Assembly (NCBI GenBank): GCA_965645245.1
Contig: OZ287082.1
Coordinates: 248,001-312,000, forward strand
From: Massalongia carnosa
Taxonomy: Eukaryota
Direction of reading: 5' to 3'
DNA length: 64,000 bases
Within the stretch, counting starts at the first letter, position 1, and each line of letters begins with the position of its first letter. The notes beneath the pieces are model-generated. The model was not told the origin of the DNA. It saw only the letters and a list, made by a program, of their open reading frames with translations, and ran no database searches. A program made the position numbers and the translations under genes. Shown here in pieces: positions 13,701 through 27,651 of the stretch.

Positions 13701-15299
13701 CTTGATGATGATCGACATCTCGTGAATGAAAATAGAAGGCAAGCGCTTCCTGCGATCGCTTCGACGAGGCCCTCATACTCTACACTCTGTTTCTTCCATT
13801 CTTGCGCTTTCCTTGTACGCGCTAGGTCGGCCGCAGTTATAATGCGTTGATAAAAAGCTCTAGCAGTTTTCGCGAATATTGCGACTCGGTGAAGTAGCGC
13901 TCTGCAAAGCATCCTTTCACTGGATCATCGAAGATAGTCATACGGGAGCCATTGCATGCCGTATGCTAGTCTTGAAGATAAGCTTGGATCTTCTGCAAAC
14001 GACACATATCCTGATAACGAGGTAGTTTCAAGACATCTTGGATCTCGGGTAGAATGCCAGGATTATATTCCCTCAATAAACCAAAAAGTATAGTGGCGCA
14101 CTTATCGATTGACATCCAAAGTTCCATGACTGTCAGAAGAATCATACACCTCTTCTTGGAGTTGGAATCATAGGCGCCCGCTACAGCACTCAAATATGTG
14201 ACAATCTTCTTCGCAAGCTCCCCATACCGTCCCTCGCAGCTGGTTTTCGAGGCCGGTTCAGCCACACGACTACATTCAATTTCTGTTTCGAGTTCTGAGA
14301 GCGAGAAATAACGATTGGAGGAAGTGTTAAATATAGATTCCGTTGGTCTGCATAGCGTGGCAGAAGCAGAACAGGTCTTTGTATGGTCTTCTTGAAATCA
14401 GTCCAAGCGACTTCTATATGATTAATAGTAGTTTGTGCTCCCTTGTGGAGCAGTGGCCCAAGGGTAGTGAACATATAGTCGTAGACCGGACTGACAGTGG
14501 GTGACGCTCTATCCATGTCGACTTCCAGCTTGACAAGACGGCGACATAACTTTGCTTTAAGGAAGGCCAACACCTCCGGACAGAGATGATTCAAGGCTTT
14601 GTCTATCAGACGCGCAAGAATATGACAAATCAGGAATTTGTAGTGTGCTCGTCCCGTTTCCACACCGAGCAGCGGACACAGATGCATCTGATTACCCACA
14701 CGTAGCACCAGCCAGAATGCGCATCTTCGCCACGGCCTTTCAGCTCCATCGGTCCAGGAAACGCCATCTCGCACGCGTTTGCGCAGCAGCGGAGGAAAGA
14801 TGCGGTGACCATTAGCTTCGAGTAACGTCATCAGCATCTGCGTGATTGTAGCGGGATTGATAGTGTCACGGCTTTCGAATGCAAAGGATCCAGCGCCGCA
14901 AAACGCTTGACTGATTCCGTGCTAACTTGCTCCAGAAAGACGGCAAGGGCATCTTGAAAAGAGGAGTTGTTGAATTCCCGGAGTGAAAGAGCGACGGCTC
15001 ATTCTAGAAAGTCCCATTGTAAAGCATTCTCTGAAGCAAGAACCCTCTCGGAGAGTGGAGACGCTTTGTCAGGCGATTAGGGGTCACATGACCCACGAAC
15101 CCCTATGAGATATCCCCCAGTTAGCTAGCCTAGACCTCCCATATAGATCAATACACACCGCTCCTTTTCACCCATATTCCACATTAGCCCATACAGCTTG
15201 ATCGTTATGAGCCCGGTGAGCATAGAAGCTTCAAATCCCTACTCATTGATCTAGTTGAATAAAACCCTCTTCCCAAAACGATCCAACAAAACGATCAAA

Positions 15300-18200
15300 A
15301 TGGAGGAGACCAAAAAAGTAACGATGATCGCCCTAACTCCCAAGAATTATCATCTATGGATTAGGGAATTACAAGGAATATCCGAGAAAGCGAAGGTATG
15401 GCAATATGTGGACCCCAATGGTTCAAAACCGGAGCCCGAAGAGGGAGAATATCCGGAAGTTTCACAATATCAAGTCCCTATTCAAGCACAGCCAGCAGGT
15501 GGAATTGCTTACCCCATTATAGAAGGTGGAGTTGTAATAGCCACCAAATCGGCTGAGAAATACGGCGATTTATCGGCTGAGCAAAAGGAGGACTATAAAA
15601 TGGAGATATCAGCCTATAAAATGAAGGAAAAACAGGCGGAGAAGGTCACCCAAGGACTCAGAATAGTGGACAATGCACTAAAGAGCTCCGCACGAGCATC
15701 CATCCCCCCCAATAAGATGGCTTCATCGGTTAGGGAAATAGTGAAAATTCTGGCTGCAAGATATAAGCGGTCAGATGACCAAGTTATAGAGCAATTGCAT
15801 GAGCAATTTCTAGCCCTAAAAACCCCGCCCATTAAAGGTAAAATAGAGGCATGGGTAGCTGATTGGGAGAATATTAAGGGACAAATTGTTGAGCTCAATG
15901 TAACGGGCCTATTTGGCTCCGAGACCATATTCATCAATGAATTTCTCCAATCAGGGAAGAAATGGGCGCCCAATTTCTGTGAAAAGTGGGTAATGCAGCA
16001 TAGGGATGCTAAGACGACGGTTGAATTTTACGAGACAACCAGGGAATATCGTTTAGCCGTGGAATCATTCCTGAATGAGGCAAAATCAACGTCTAGAAAT
16101 CAAGCTAATGCAGCGTCGCTGCAGGGGCAAATGCAAGACGAAAATAAAGGTCCGGGGCCTAGCCAATCAAGTCAATGGAATGGCCAATCAAAAGAGGCCA
16201 GATTCAAGGATAGAAAGTGCGTATGTGGGAAAATACACCTGTTTAGGCTATGCCCATATATCGTCAAATCAGCTCGCCCCCCTGCATGGAAGGAAGATAA
16301 AACCGTACGCAATGAAATGCGTCAGAAAATTCAGTCAAATATTCGGTTTTTCATGGCTATTAAGAAGGTCACCGACACCAACATACTAGACGGAATAACT
16401 GAGGAGTCAGTCAAAAAGAGCTCCCAAAAAGCAGAGAATGATCAACATAATCAGGGCAATCACATTGAATTGCCTGGTCAATCCTTCTCGTTTGCGAACG
16501 TTACATCTAGGGCAAATAACCTCTTGCATAAAAGCGTCATATTTGACTCTGGATGCGATAACCCTCTAACCTATGATAAATCACGGTTTATAGGAGAAAT
16601 AACCCCAACTTCGTCAGACATGTGGGTGGACACCCCCGACGGGGAGATGAAAATCCATGGTCATGGCACAATGAGGGTAAATGGCCTATTGAATGGCCAG
16701 AAAAGGGAGCTATTATTCGAAGGAACAGCTTATATTCCTGATTCATCAGTGACGTTGGTTTCGGCCAATAAGTTGAAAAAACGAGGCTTTTTCTGGGATA
16801 TGTTCACTGATACCCTTATAGTTAAGGAGACAGGAGGGCAACAAATATGTGAATTAAAGGAGCACTATGGGCTCTCAATCATAGAATATAACCCTGAATC
16901 CATAGATATAGGGTTTTCTAACTCAGTGCAGCCACGCGATACGTCAAAAGCAACTCCATGGAAATGGCATCTTCGGCTCGGTCATTGCCGACCAGAGGTG
17001 ATTGACCAGCTAAAGAAGATCGATGAGGTAACAGTTTCAAAAGGCGTAGGGGGTGAAAACGCACCTAGGACCATTCAATGCGAAACGTGTGCAGTCTCCA
17101 AAATGTATAGAGTCATCAATAAAGCTCCGTCAGGGCGTGCCATCAAGCCATATCAGGTGCTTCATTTTGACCTAACCATCAATGATAAGGGGTTCGATGG
17201 AACGAGCTGTATGGCTCATTTTACGGACGAATTTACCTCATATGTATGGGTTTATCCATTGAATGATCATAAGGAAAAGACCCTATTGCCCATCTTCAAA
17301 AGTTTGATCAATCAATGCAATAGGGCTGGCATTTCCATTAATTCAATGGTAACCACGATTCGCACGGGGCAAGAAACATCAATAGGAAAAGCCCTAGAGG
17401 CATGGATCAGTCAGCAAGGCATAGAATGGTCATGGTCAGCAAAGAATACCCCTGAGCAAAATGGCGTTTCGGAGCGTTTCGGAGCCCTATTAACTGAAAA
17501 AGCTCGATGCATCAGGGAATATGCAAAAATGCCACAAGACCTGTATCCGGAGTGCTATTTAGCTGCAGCCCATCTGATGAATCGAACCCCCAATAAAGCT
17601 CTGGAATGGGACTCCCCATTGGTCAAATTGCAGAAACTGACCAATCCGGGTCAATCAGTCAGATACGAGCTGGCTCATCTAAAAGTGTTTGGTTGCAAGG
17701 CGTATCCATTGCTAAAAGGGGCCGATGCTCCTCCCAAAAGCAATAAGTTGAAACCTAGGGCATTTGTTGGCTATTCGGTTGGCTATGATTCAACCAATAT
17801 CTTCAGGATATGGAATCCAGAAAAGGGAGATGTCAGCGGTTATAGAGACGTCATATTCAACGAAGATGAGCTTTATAGCGCCTATACGTCGAATAAGGAG
17901 CTATTGGCTAAAGGAGACTGAAAAAGCGAGCTTTATAGAGTTTCATGTAGTTGAACCACGCCCTGCATTTCAGGAGATAGATAATGAGGAAGAAGAATGG
18001 CTAGACTTATTAGTCAATAAGCGTATAGAGCAATTGATCATAGAAGATAACTCACCTAGCCAGGACGAAATATAGGAGAAAATAACTCCCTCATCAACGC
18101 CCATGCAACTAGAAACGCCGATAGAAACACCTGAACCAGATATCAGCCCTAATGTCTCCATAGATAAAAGAAGGGCCAAAAAGGTGAGGGCATCAACAAT

Positions 18201-20320
18201 TGACCCTCCACAACTCCCGCAAACGGGCCGAACGCCCCTCAATGTGACGGAAATAGAGCAATCATCAGGAAAAAGGAGCGATGGGATAAATGAGGCAAAC
18301 GTTATAGAGGGAAAACGTACTAGGAAACCAAACCCTAGATACGCTGCAAATGGAGCTTGGTCAGCAGAAGAAATGTCGAAATTCCCTCAATTTCATACAG
18401 CGTTTATGGCGGGGACGGCGAGAATGACTAATCAGCTCCGAACTGATGATTTGCCCGACCCCCCATCTCATTGGCGAGCTCTGCTAAGGCATCCCTATGC
18501 AGATGAGTTCATGAAAGCAGCTAACGTTGAATGGGAGGCACTTTTCCACAAAGAAACATGGGAAATAGTTGATCAAGATGAGGTTATACAGCCAATATTG
18601 CCCCTCAAATGGGTTTTCACCTATAAGACTGATTCGGACGGCTATTTGGCAAAGTTCAAAGCACGTCTAGTGGTTAGAGGTGACCTACAGCAAGATAATG
18701 CTCAAGATGTTTATGCAGCTACACTAGCCTTCAAGGTGTTTAGGGCATTAATGGCATTAGTTGCTGCATTCGGGCTGAAAACGAGGCAGTTGGACGCTAT
18801 TAACGCCTTTCTAAACGCTCACAATGACGAGCCTATTTACTGTTTTTTGCCTGATGGTTATAAGCTTAGAAAGAAGGTGATAAAAGTGAAAAAAGCGCTA
18901 TATGGCCAAAGAAAATCACCCCTTCTATGGCTACGAATGCTAATAGGCAAATGCATAGAACTAGGGTTAAAACAGGTGCCAGGCGAACCATGCCTATTCT
19001 ATACGGAGGGAATCATACTATTCTTCTATGTGGACGACATAGTAATGGCGTATCGGCCCGAAAAAGAAGCCGAAGTCGAGGAATATGTGCAACGTTTCAT
19101 GAAGATGATCGAAATACGGGATATGGGTCCATTAACCTATTTTCTAGGCGTACGGGTCATTCATAACATAGAAGAAAAGACGATCCACTTGATTCAGGAC
19201 TCCTATATGAACAAATTAGCCAAGGAATATGACATAGATGAAAAGTCGGAGGCTAAAACACTGTTAGTAGCACTAGTAGATAGAACGGGCTGTGGGCACG
19301 ACTAGAGGCTATTAAGGCCTTCGTCACTGTTAGGCACGGGACGCCTAGCCAGCCACGTGACCCCGAAAAGGGGCACACGCCTATATAGCCCACGCTCGCT
19401 ACTAGCTAATAGAACAACTTTACCATCCGACTCAAGCACTGACGTAGTCATACGTCTGGTGCCACGAGTTGGGGTAAACCCACAAACACCTCTAACGCCC
19501 ATATTCAATGAAGAACTGGCGCCATATGAGGGGGAGGTGGATCCGGCCAGAATGCATCTATATAGGAAGAAAGTTGGATCAATATGCTACCCAGCTATTA
19601 TGACTCGGCCAGATATAGCAAAATCAGCTTCAAAATTAGCGGAATATCTGACCAACCCGGGACTTAGTCATATGAGGGCTGCAGACCATTGCCTACGTTA
19701 TCTATATGGGACGAAATATCTGGGAATCCAGTACTCGGCCAAAGGGGGCGGTGAAATCACTACTATGGCAAATCATGGACCGGTCCCGGCTAATAAGCAG
19801 GTTTTTGAGGCAACGGCTGATGCATCCTATGCAAATGACCCAGATAAGGAAAAGCTCCGAGGGCTATACATTCAAGCTATTTGGTGGGATGATTGACTGG
19901 GCCGCTAGGAAGCAACTGACCGTGACCACGTCAACCACTGAGGCCGAGTTATTGTCTATGCTTCATGCGGGTAAAGAGCTCATATGGTGGATACATCTAT
20001 TTGAAAAGCTACAATTTAACCCGGATCAAGATATAGTTATCTATAACGATAAGCTACAGACAATTCGCATTTTAACCTCCGAAATGGGAAAAACTGACAC
20101 TAAATTGAGGCATATAGACGTCGCCCAATGCTGGCTTAGGCAATCTGTGCAAAGGGGGGAATTATGTGTTGACTATGTGCCGACCAATCAGATGGTCGCA
20201 GATGGTTTAACCAAGATCCTACCTCCTCAAAAGCATCAACATTTCGTCAAGCTATTAGGGCTAGTCAATGCCATGGACCTGGTCAACAATCAGAAGAAGG
20301 GAAATACGGCCACAAATTGA
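15300..20320 (+). pseudogene. gag-pol: Copia B gag-pol polyprotein, frameshifted and interrupted by a solo LTR
   Basis: Protease IFDSGC, integrase WHLRLGH..CETC and EQNGVSER, RT FYVDDI, RNase H ADAS/TTEAEL. ORFs 15255-17921, 18103-19305, 19357-19896, 19706-20320. Confidence 0.92.
19262..19484 (+). mobile_element. Solo LTR (223 bp) inserted in the Copia B RT region
   Basis: TGTTAG...CCACA flanked by AACAC at 19257-19261 and 19485-19489. Removing it rejoins the RT frame (EAKT|PLTP). Contains TATATAG. Confidence 0.9.
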
Positions 20321-21384
20321 ATCGGCCAAAATCACTAGAAATCAAGGTAAAACATGGAAATTTTCACCTAATATAGGTTTTTCGGTCATGGCAGCTTTGG
20401 TCAAAGCTGGGGGGGGTGTGTCAGGCGATTAGGGGTCATATGACCCACGAACCCCTATGAGATATCCCCCAATTAGCTAGCCTAGACCTCCCATATAGAT
20501 CAATACACACCACTCCTTTTCACCCATATTCCACATTAGCCCATACAGCTTGATACGCTTCAAATACTTCGAAGACGACGCTTTCGCCTTGCACACTGAA
20601 AGCCGAGCAAGACATTAGCTATATGGGTCATGTATACAGCAGGCAGACTTTGGGGTACTCGCTCATGGTGCCGCCGAATGAGTAGGCCCGTATTCTGTTC
20701 CGCAGTATGCAGGATGAGAGGATCTCTGCGCTCAAAATTTCGACATTCAGTCAAAAGAGATGTCTTGTTGAGTTTGCCACCAACTTTTATGCTCTTGCAG
20801 GTCTGCAATACACGCCGAATACCTTCCCAGTGAGCACCAAATTCATTTTTCGCCAGGTCTCCTAAGGTTCGACTAGCATCCAGTAGGCATTCTGTCAGGT
20901 TGGACGCAATCCGGCCGATCCTGCTTTCTTGTTTGCCTGGAAGCCGCGAAGGTAACGCGACGTGATCGAACAATGACTCTAGTATGGAAGATGTCGATTC
21001 AACAGGATTATTCATGGGAGCGAGAAGTGCAGAATGGAAAAGTGGAGGATGAAGAATGTTTTCTTGTAGAAAAGAGAATATTAGAATCGTTCACTTGTCG
21101 CAAGCGAGTGATTACCCCCCCCCGCCTTTAAGCCTAAAAACTTATAGCTTCGGATTTGGTGGAAGACAGCAGAACATCCTCATGGACTGATAGAATGTGC
21201 GAACGGACTCTGCGACGCATATTCAATTGCCGCTTTCATTGTTGCATCTCGAACAGGTTTGCGTGGTCATTCCAGCTTTGGCAGATCAGCATCAGTTTAC
21301 AGGAAATCAAGACCTTTCACCCAGCAAGCGTACTTGTCCATCGGAGAGCATCCCACTAGACTCTATTAATAGGGATCATAACGG

Positions 21385-22157
21385 GGTAGGCATGATACTT
21401 ACTATGAGCGATGACCCCTGACATTTACTAATCATTAGATGAACAAAGCTCTTGCCGCTAAGCTGAGATCGCAAGGGTATATACCCATGAGTACCGCTAA
21501 AGGCACGAAGCTGTATGATCGGAAGGTGAAGACGCAGAACCGGCTAAACAGCTTGAAGGTCAGACTGCGAAGAAAAGGCCCGGAAGCAACATTTCCGAAA
21601 GGCAGATACGATCGCTTTTGACTCACAGTTCTCGAATCACTCGGCCCAGAAATCGCCCATGGGCGACAAACCTGTGAAGCCTCGTGAATACGACATTCCT
21701 GAGTGGGCCGAGGTTGCACGGTGGATATGCTAACCAGTGACTGGCCTCACAGATCGAGAACTGCTTAAACGAAGGATCAAGGGAGTTGAAGCCATGGCAG
21801 CTATGTGTCGTCGACAGGAGATTCGACGTCACCGCAAGCCAAAATCTCAAGTCAAGCAGGAAGAGCCAGACACACCTTCAGAGGATCCCAATGACGACAT
21901 GATAGAAAGCCCCTAGGACACTGTAAAAGATATTTTTTTCATTGGTATGCAAGAAATCCCAGTGGATCTTTTGTCTTGGTGATGAGCGTAAGCCTTATAT
22001 GGAGCGGATGTTTGAGTATAGCCGACAGATTAAGATGATGAACGAGGTGGACAAGCATTTAAGGAAGTTTCCACCCAACGACAAGGTCCAGCCAGTGTCC
22101 TCATCCGATGTGCAAGTCAGCGGCAATGGTTTTACCAGGCGTCATGGCTGTGAGTAG
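21385..22157 (+). pseudogene. Decayed C-terminal fragment resembling a DUF3435 tyrosine recombinase (Starship captain-like)
   Basis: Collinear peptide blocks in shifting frames: LAAKLRSQGY..AKGTKLYDRK..RLNSLKVRLRRK, FRKADTIAFDSQF, RRIKGVEAMAAMCRRQEIRR, LVCKKSQWIFCLGDERKPY..MMNEVDKHL and CPHPMC. These match my recollection of the C-terminal zinc-finger-like tail of DUF3435 proteins. The catalytic core is not seen. Confidence 0.6.
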
Positions 22158-22287
22158 CTTAGATCTGTTCCATAACATTTTATGTAGTTTCTAGAATAAA
22201 TCAAATACATTTTGTACCTGACCCTAAGACAAGTAGTAACGGAAGGGAGAGGCGTTTTATTATCCTAAAGCTTTTTGACTGCCGAAC

Positions 22288-24777
22288 TCACCCTTCAACG
22301 AGAGCCCGTGCGACAGAAATTTTCGACTTCTTGCCCTTTTTGGTCCTTTTATACCCACTGTCCGGAGCCTCTGGAGGGATGGCAGGAGCAAGAATTTCCT
22401 CCTCGAACACGATCTCACGCTCGGGTCTTTCAATAGTTGGGCGCCTTACGGATTCGAATGAAAGTCTAGACGCCTCATCAGAGTCATTTGACTCATCGCT
22501 TGCAGAGTCATTGTTGAACTCGGAATCGGATTGAGTTGCGCCATCATCTGCACCTACCCAGGATATAAGCAACTACTGAAATGGAACAGGCAGGGGCCTG
22601 CCTTACCAAGGAGTCTAACGCCGATGAAGCGCTTACAGGTATCAGAGCCTTTAGTGAGGACGTCAAGCTGCTTGATTAGTTGTCCACGCTGGGCACGGTT
22701 CTCCTCGGATTCACCAGCCATGCTCGTCACGAGCTCGGCTGACATAGCAGAGACAGCTACGGGAGTGAAGAGACCGCCGAGTGGGGAGATGAGCTTCGCT
22801 TCGATTACTTCGATGGCGATGTCGTCGATGAAGCGTTTCAAGGCAACCTATAATCACACGATGGGGTTAGTAAGGGAGATAATGGAAGTAGGGGCAGGAT
22901 ATAAATAGAGAGTTGACCTTGTAATAAGCCTCCATACAATCTAAAGCTTCGGAACAGGCGAAGCGATTCATGTCTGGTTCTGTACGTTGCGCCAAAGCGG
23001 TGACGAGTTGGCGGAGGTCATGGTTTTGACCACAATAATGTAAAGTTTCAAGGGAAGAGACGCCAAAGAATTGTTTTACGATCTTGGAGTATTCATTCTG
23101 GTTGCGTTCGTAACGGAGCTTTTGGAGAGTTTCCGTGAAATAATGGTTGTACGTGATTGGATGGCTTTTCTGATGGGGTGTTAGCAGCTCGGTGGTCTTC
23201 TCATGCAAAGTTTTCAAGAGTTGGTTCAGAGCAGGCTCGAAGATTTTTTGAAAGAGTGCTTTGGAGGTTGTGACATCAGCGACGTAGGCGGTTGCATGGG
23301 CAAGGAATTCCTTAACGGCCTTCCAGACTTTGTCAACGTGGCTCCGAGCGATGGCTTCCCAGGAAGTTGATTGCTCCAAGAACAAATCCGACACGATCAT
23401 GGGATTGAAGGTCCCTGGCAACTCTCGGCCCTTGGTCCTCTTCATCAGGTGCTGTATATGGTCAATGAATTTATCTCTGGTGATAGGAATCACATCTTTA
23501 GAGATGTGACTTGTGTCTTTTGAATCGGTGACCTCGCGGCAGTGCCCTCGTCTAGCAATGTTAACCGCAAAGTTTGAATTGAGGTTCTGCATCACAGCTC
23601 GTATACGTTTTTGATAGCCGGGTTCTGACTTGGCGTCTCCAAAGAACGGATCGTTATATGTACCATCCACAGCAGCTTTGACCAGAGATTGGAATGATTG
23701 ACTTAAGTGGAATAGGTAGAGCTGCTGCTCTGCTAAGGTAGCTCGAGGGTCCCCAAACTTATCCAACCGGCTGCGGCAAGCGCCTGACTTGATTTCAATC
23801 TCATCAATCAAACTGGGTAGCTCGGCAGCGATTTGTCCAAGCAAGACCTTGCTGAGCCTACTCCGTAACTTTTCGACGCCTAAGAGCGACCGAGACATGT
23901 CTCCCCATATCCCTTGGGAGAAGAATTCCTCTTCCTTGACATCGCGATCCGCTAATGACCACTCTCCTGTTTCGGAGTCCATGTTTTTCAATACATGCCA
24001 CCCAAGACGGAACTCCACGTCCTGGTTTTTGGCAAGAGAGACGTACATGGCTTCACTCTCGGAACCTGCAATCAAAGTATCAGGCTTTGTGATAACACCC
24101 AATGTCCGATTACCCTTTTTATCAGCTGCACGGGCGAGCTTCAACACGATTTGGTTCGAAGCATCATTCTTTGCCGAGACCACGGCGAGAATGATACTTC
24201 TCGGTTCTTTCATATAGGATTGAACGACATCTTGCACGAGCTCAACATCGGAAGCAGACTGCTGTTTTGTTTCGGAATGGATGAGTCCAGGTAGGTCCAC
24301 AATTGTCAGGTGAGGCCGATCAGGACCCGAGACCTCCACTCGAAGGAGGTCTTTCGAGAAAGCTTTGCCATGGGTTGAGATTCCCATAGCCGCTTTCGCG
24401 TTCTCAATCAAATTCGGAAGCCCTTCGAAGCACTCCAGCTCTTCGTGAAAGCTGCTGAGAGCAAGTTGTTCGGACTCACTGCGAGCTTGATGCGGGACGA
24501 TCGACACGCTTACACCCATTTGCGACGTCTTGCGGAGGACTAATTCTGTCGGAAATCGAGTGCTCAGGTTGCTTTTGACAGGAAAAGATACCCCAGAAAT
24601 TGCCTCCAGCACGGAGCTCTTTCCAGACGACTGGTCGCCGCATACGATGATCTGTGGCAATGAGACATAATGACTAATGCCTTGCGAACGGAGACAGTCT
24701 ACGGAGTCCAGCAAATCTAGTTGATCTTTGGAACCAAACCCATTTAGGGCATCTGTCTGGAACGATGTCAACCCCAT
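22288..24777 (-). CDS. Dynamin-like (Mx-like) GTPase, 3 exons (24777-22918, 22847-22607, 22553-22288), apparently intact
   Basis: G1 LPQIIVCGDQSSGKSS, G2 STRFPTE, G3 DLPG, G4 TKPD, stalk GRELPG, GED-like YYKVALKRFIDD. Introns 22917-22848 and 22606-22554 keep the frame. Confidence 0.92.
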
Positions 24778-26147
24778 TTTGAATGTTGACAGTTGAGGTA
24801 GATTTGATGAAGATAGGATTGAAGGCGGGAAGACCAGAAAGGTGATAAGCAAAGTTGCAAACGCATTAACCCGCACCGTGGAAATACAGGCTCCAACGCA
24901 AAGGTGTGGTAGCACAAGTTAGCTTCTTTCCATTCTGATGCCGAGAAGTGAGTCATAGGAGAAGAGAATAACACGTCGCATTTTAGGTAAATAGTATGGT
25001 TGGGTAGGATAATGCTACAGCTCGGCCAGATGTATACTAGACGTGGGTCCATGACTCTTGGAAGAGCTATCATTGGGTGCAAGCTGCACTGGGCGCTTTA
25101 GGAATATGCCCCTCTTGCTCAATTGGTTCACCGACGCGGGACCCTGAAACATCTTTCTCCTATACTTTTACACCCGCTACAACCCCTATGCAGGAGGCTT
25201 CTGGCTTCATCTAACGGAAACCACCCATTATGTTCGGGGAAGCGGATGATCTGCAATGGAGTCTGGACGAAAGTGGCAACCAATCGGTGCAGTCTTAATG
25301 ACTAATTAGTTCTTAGTCACCAAGAAGTTCTTAGCATTACGTTCTCAGCACTAGTTATTCTATTGAATTGAACTGGGACTCACCAATTCTGATACTTCCC
25401 GCTGCACTGACCAGAAAGCTTGCGCAAGTCAGCGAGCCATGCTCGAAACCCTGCTTATGGAGATACGCGAGTCCCTCTAACACCTACCTCGGTCAACTTG
25501 CTGGTCCAAGATAATTCATATGTAGTTACCTCTTTTCAGTCTTGACCGTAATATGCTGTACTTTGAGCGACTTTAAGGTATTGTACGGTCGGGAGTACGG
25601 GAGCAATGAATGAGCGATTAATGACCAGTGATCTATGACAGACGCAAGGGATTCTTAGTAGCAGTCAAGCTTAGTGTTGGGCGTAAGGGTCGGAGACAAT
25701 CAATAAGGTTTGACGGAATTAATTCGAGTATATTCGAAGCTGGGACACATTGAAACGAAAATTCGTTCTTGGAGTTTTGGTGGTTCTGCTTATGAGGACT
25801 AAATGTTATGGCTTGTTGCTAGAATGTGTTGAGTCGCTCCGCAAGTCGCTTTGACAGGCTCTTCCTTTTCTGCCATACCAACCAAATGAGGTGGGCGTTG
25901 TGAGCTGGTTCCTGGGGCGAAACGGCGTTGGCCAAGTGCTTCGCCATTTCGGTCGCATCACCTTCCATCTGCAACCCCCTTCCTGTGCTATGTGTAGGTA
26001 GCGCCTGCATTCCGGTTGGCATGAGGTATCAGAAGCTTTTAGAAGGACATTAACACACGAGCTGGGCGAAATGTTCGACGAGTGTAATAAATTATTTGCG
26101 CTTGCGTCTCCTCGTTGTTTGTAAGATACAAAGAGCGAATGCCCGAC

Positions 26148-27142
26148 CTATCCCAAACTCCCCTCTCCGCTGGCTATCTTAGCTATAGCCTCATCGAAAG
26201 CCTCAAGGATAGGTTCATATAGCTTCTCCGGATCCGGCGGGGTTCCAGTAAACAATCCATCCTTATATGGGAAGAGGATACCCCGTATCTCTTGACACAA
26301 AGGCTTAAGGTGATCGAATATTGAAGGAAATTCCTCCAAAATGTCCTCAAACCCGTCAACACCCATATCGCCTCGTTTACTTCGAGCGATATCATCATAA
26401 TCGCCCGTGTACCACTTCGTTAAAATGCTTTTCCTGGGTCTATCCACCAACTTGCACCCAAATTCCCTTTCCCACGCACGACGAGCGCAGATCCATAGAA
26501 GCACATAAAAGAATGACTCGAGGTCATGCCGATAGGTATGAGCGACTCTGCGTAGCACTTCAATCGCCATAAACTCCATTGTGCCTGTCTGATGCCGTGC
26601 GCCGGTTCGCCCGCCACCGACTATTTTCGCAAGATCTACATCGATCAGCATCCCCGTGAAGCCATTGGCCTGCTTTGGATTGGTTATTATGATGTTGTTT
26701 TCCGAGATGTCTCTGTGCAGAATAGATCCTTCCAAGTACAAAGATCTATGCGCCTTGATCGCATCACGAAGTGCCATTAACAGCTATAGGATCGAGTAAA
26801 AGTCTTTGATTGCTCGTCCGGCCGTCGACATAATTAAGCAGCCGAACACGCGATTGTCGAATGATCTGTCGCTTGGGCCACAGAAACTCGAGGCTTGTGT
26901 ATTTTCAAGGGCTTGTGACGATTCGTTTTCTTGAGATAGGTCTGATCTTTGGCTGTTGGATCTCGACCGCTTCGAAGACTTTTCTTCGCTTTCCTCGGAT
27001 TTTCGTTTCCTTGTACCGGCATTTCCCGGGGCTTGCGATACTTCGTACTCCTTGCATGACTTCGACTTTTGACTGATGGATACGGGCTCATTAAGCAACT
27101 TTCCTTCGTGGTCCACAGACTTCGGCCCTGACCGTTGAGCAC
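26148..27142 (-). pseudogene. Fungal-type protein kinase (FunK1/Pkinase_fungal), 5'-truncated with an in-frame stop
   Basis: LRDAIKAHRSLY..ILHRDISENNI..GMLIDVDLA..TGTMEFMAIEVL..HTYRHDLESFFYV. TAG at 26784-26786 separates in-frame ORFs 26784-27116 and 26148-26777. The upstream part is replaced by a gag fragment. Confidence 0.88.
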
Positions 27143-27520
27143 ATTGTAGTGCTCAAACTCCTCAATAGACTCGGCAGTTCATTCAACACCTACCTCACCA
27201 TCCTGAACGAACAAGCCCGGCGGGAGGACAAATTCCCGGCGTTGGATGACTTACCAGAAACCTGGAAGACGAGGAGGCTCGTATGCGCCAGGACCCTGTC
27301 GCCGTAGCTAACATGCTGAAGACAAAGGGTAAGAAGAACCCCACCGAAGAGGGTAAGAACAAATGCAAATGCTGGGGTTATAATCACTCCGGAAAATGCA
27401 GGCATAGCAACGCTACATGTAGGAAGTGTAGTAAGATTGGCCATCTGGAACGCGTTTGTGAAAGCAAAGAAGGTAATGAAACCTCAAAACCCCAAATAGT
27501 CTGTGCAACTATCATAGTGA
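27143..27520 (+). mobile_element. Copia-type gag fragment
   Basis: IVVLKLLNRLGSSFNTYLTILNEQAR and zinc knuckle CRKCSKIGHLERVC. No LTR attached. Confidence 0.65.
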
Positions 27521-27557
27521 CAGAGGGTTGGCTGCCTATACCTATAATATTATTAAT

Positions 27558-27651
27558 AAATGCACCTAATTATTTAGTATGGGGAGGTGGCTTGTAGCTA
27601 GTCCTAATTTGGAATGATTTTCGCTGGGGGGACGGTGGGGGAGTCTTCTCG
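27558..27651 (-). mobile_element. Isolated MULE family 1 terminus (matches 12443-12544) abutting the Copia D LTR
   Basis: AAATGCACCTAATTATTTAGTATGGGGAGG...GGGGGAGTCTTCTCG, with a short deletion relative to the 12544 end. Confidence 0.85.

Larger units (their letters stand above)
15067..20555 (+). mobile_element. Ty1/Copia LTR retrotransposon B
   Basis: 137-bp LTRs 15067-15203 and 20419-20555 (3 internal transitions plus the terminal base). TSD CGCTT. PBS GTTATGAGCCC at about 15204. G-rich PPT at about 20409-20418. Confidence 0.94.
13735..21015 (-). pseudogene. N-terminal part of a large DUF6606-type fungal protein (family usually continuing into DUF3638/DUF3645); split by Copia B and 3'-truncated
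   Basis: LFDHVALPSRLPGKQE at the start. FEVFEASPLSERVLASENALQWDF reads continuously across the Copia B insertion. KRVRDGVSWTDGAERPWRRCAFWLVLRV. Internal stop near 15000, frameshift near 14300, sequence lost into AT-rich DNA near 13735. Confidence 0.72.

Noticed and set aside
21108..21130. TTAC followed by a C-run as a Starship left boundary
   Set aside because: A 4-bp motif is uninformative without the other end or an empty-site allele.
24778..24915. Hydrophobic N-terminal extension of the dynamin ORF as a signal or transmembrane segment
   Set aside because: It comes from the ORF caller using a TTG start. The first ATG at 24777 fits the family.
25819..26022. 67-aa ORF downstream of FunK1, and the many short antisense ORFs over TEs
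   Set aside because: No recognisable domains. Most are shadows of longer coding frames on the other strand.
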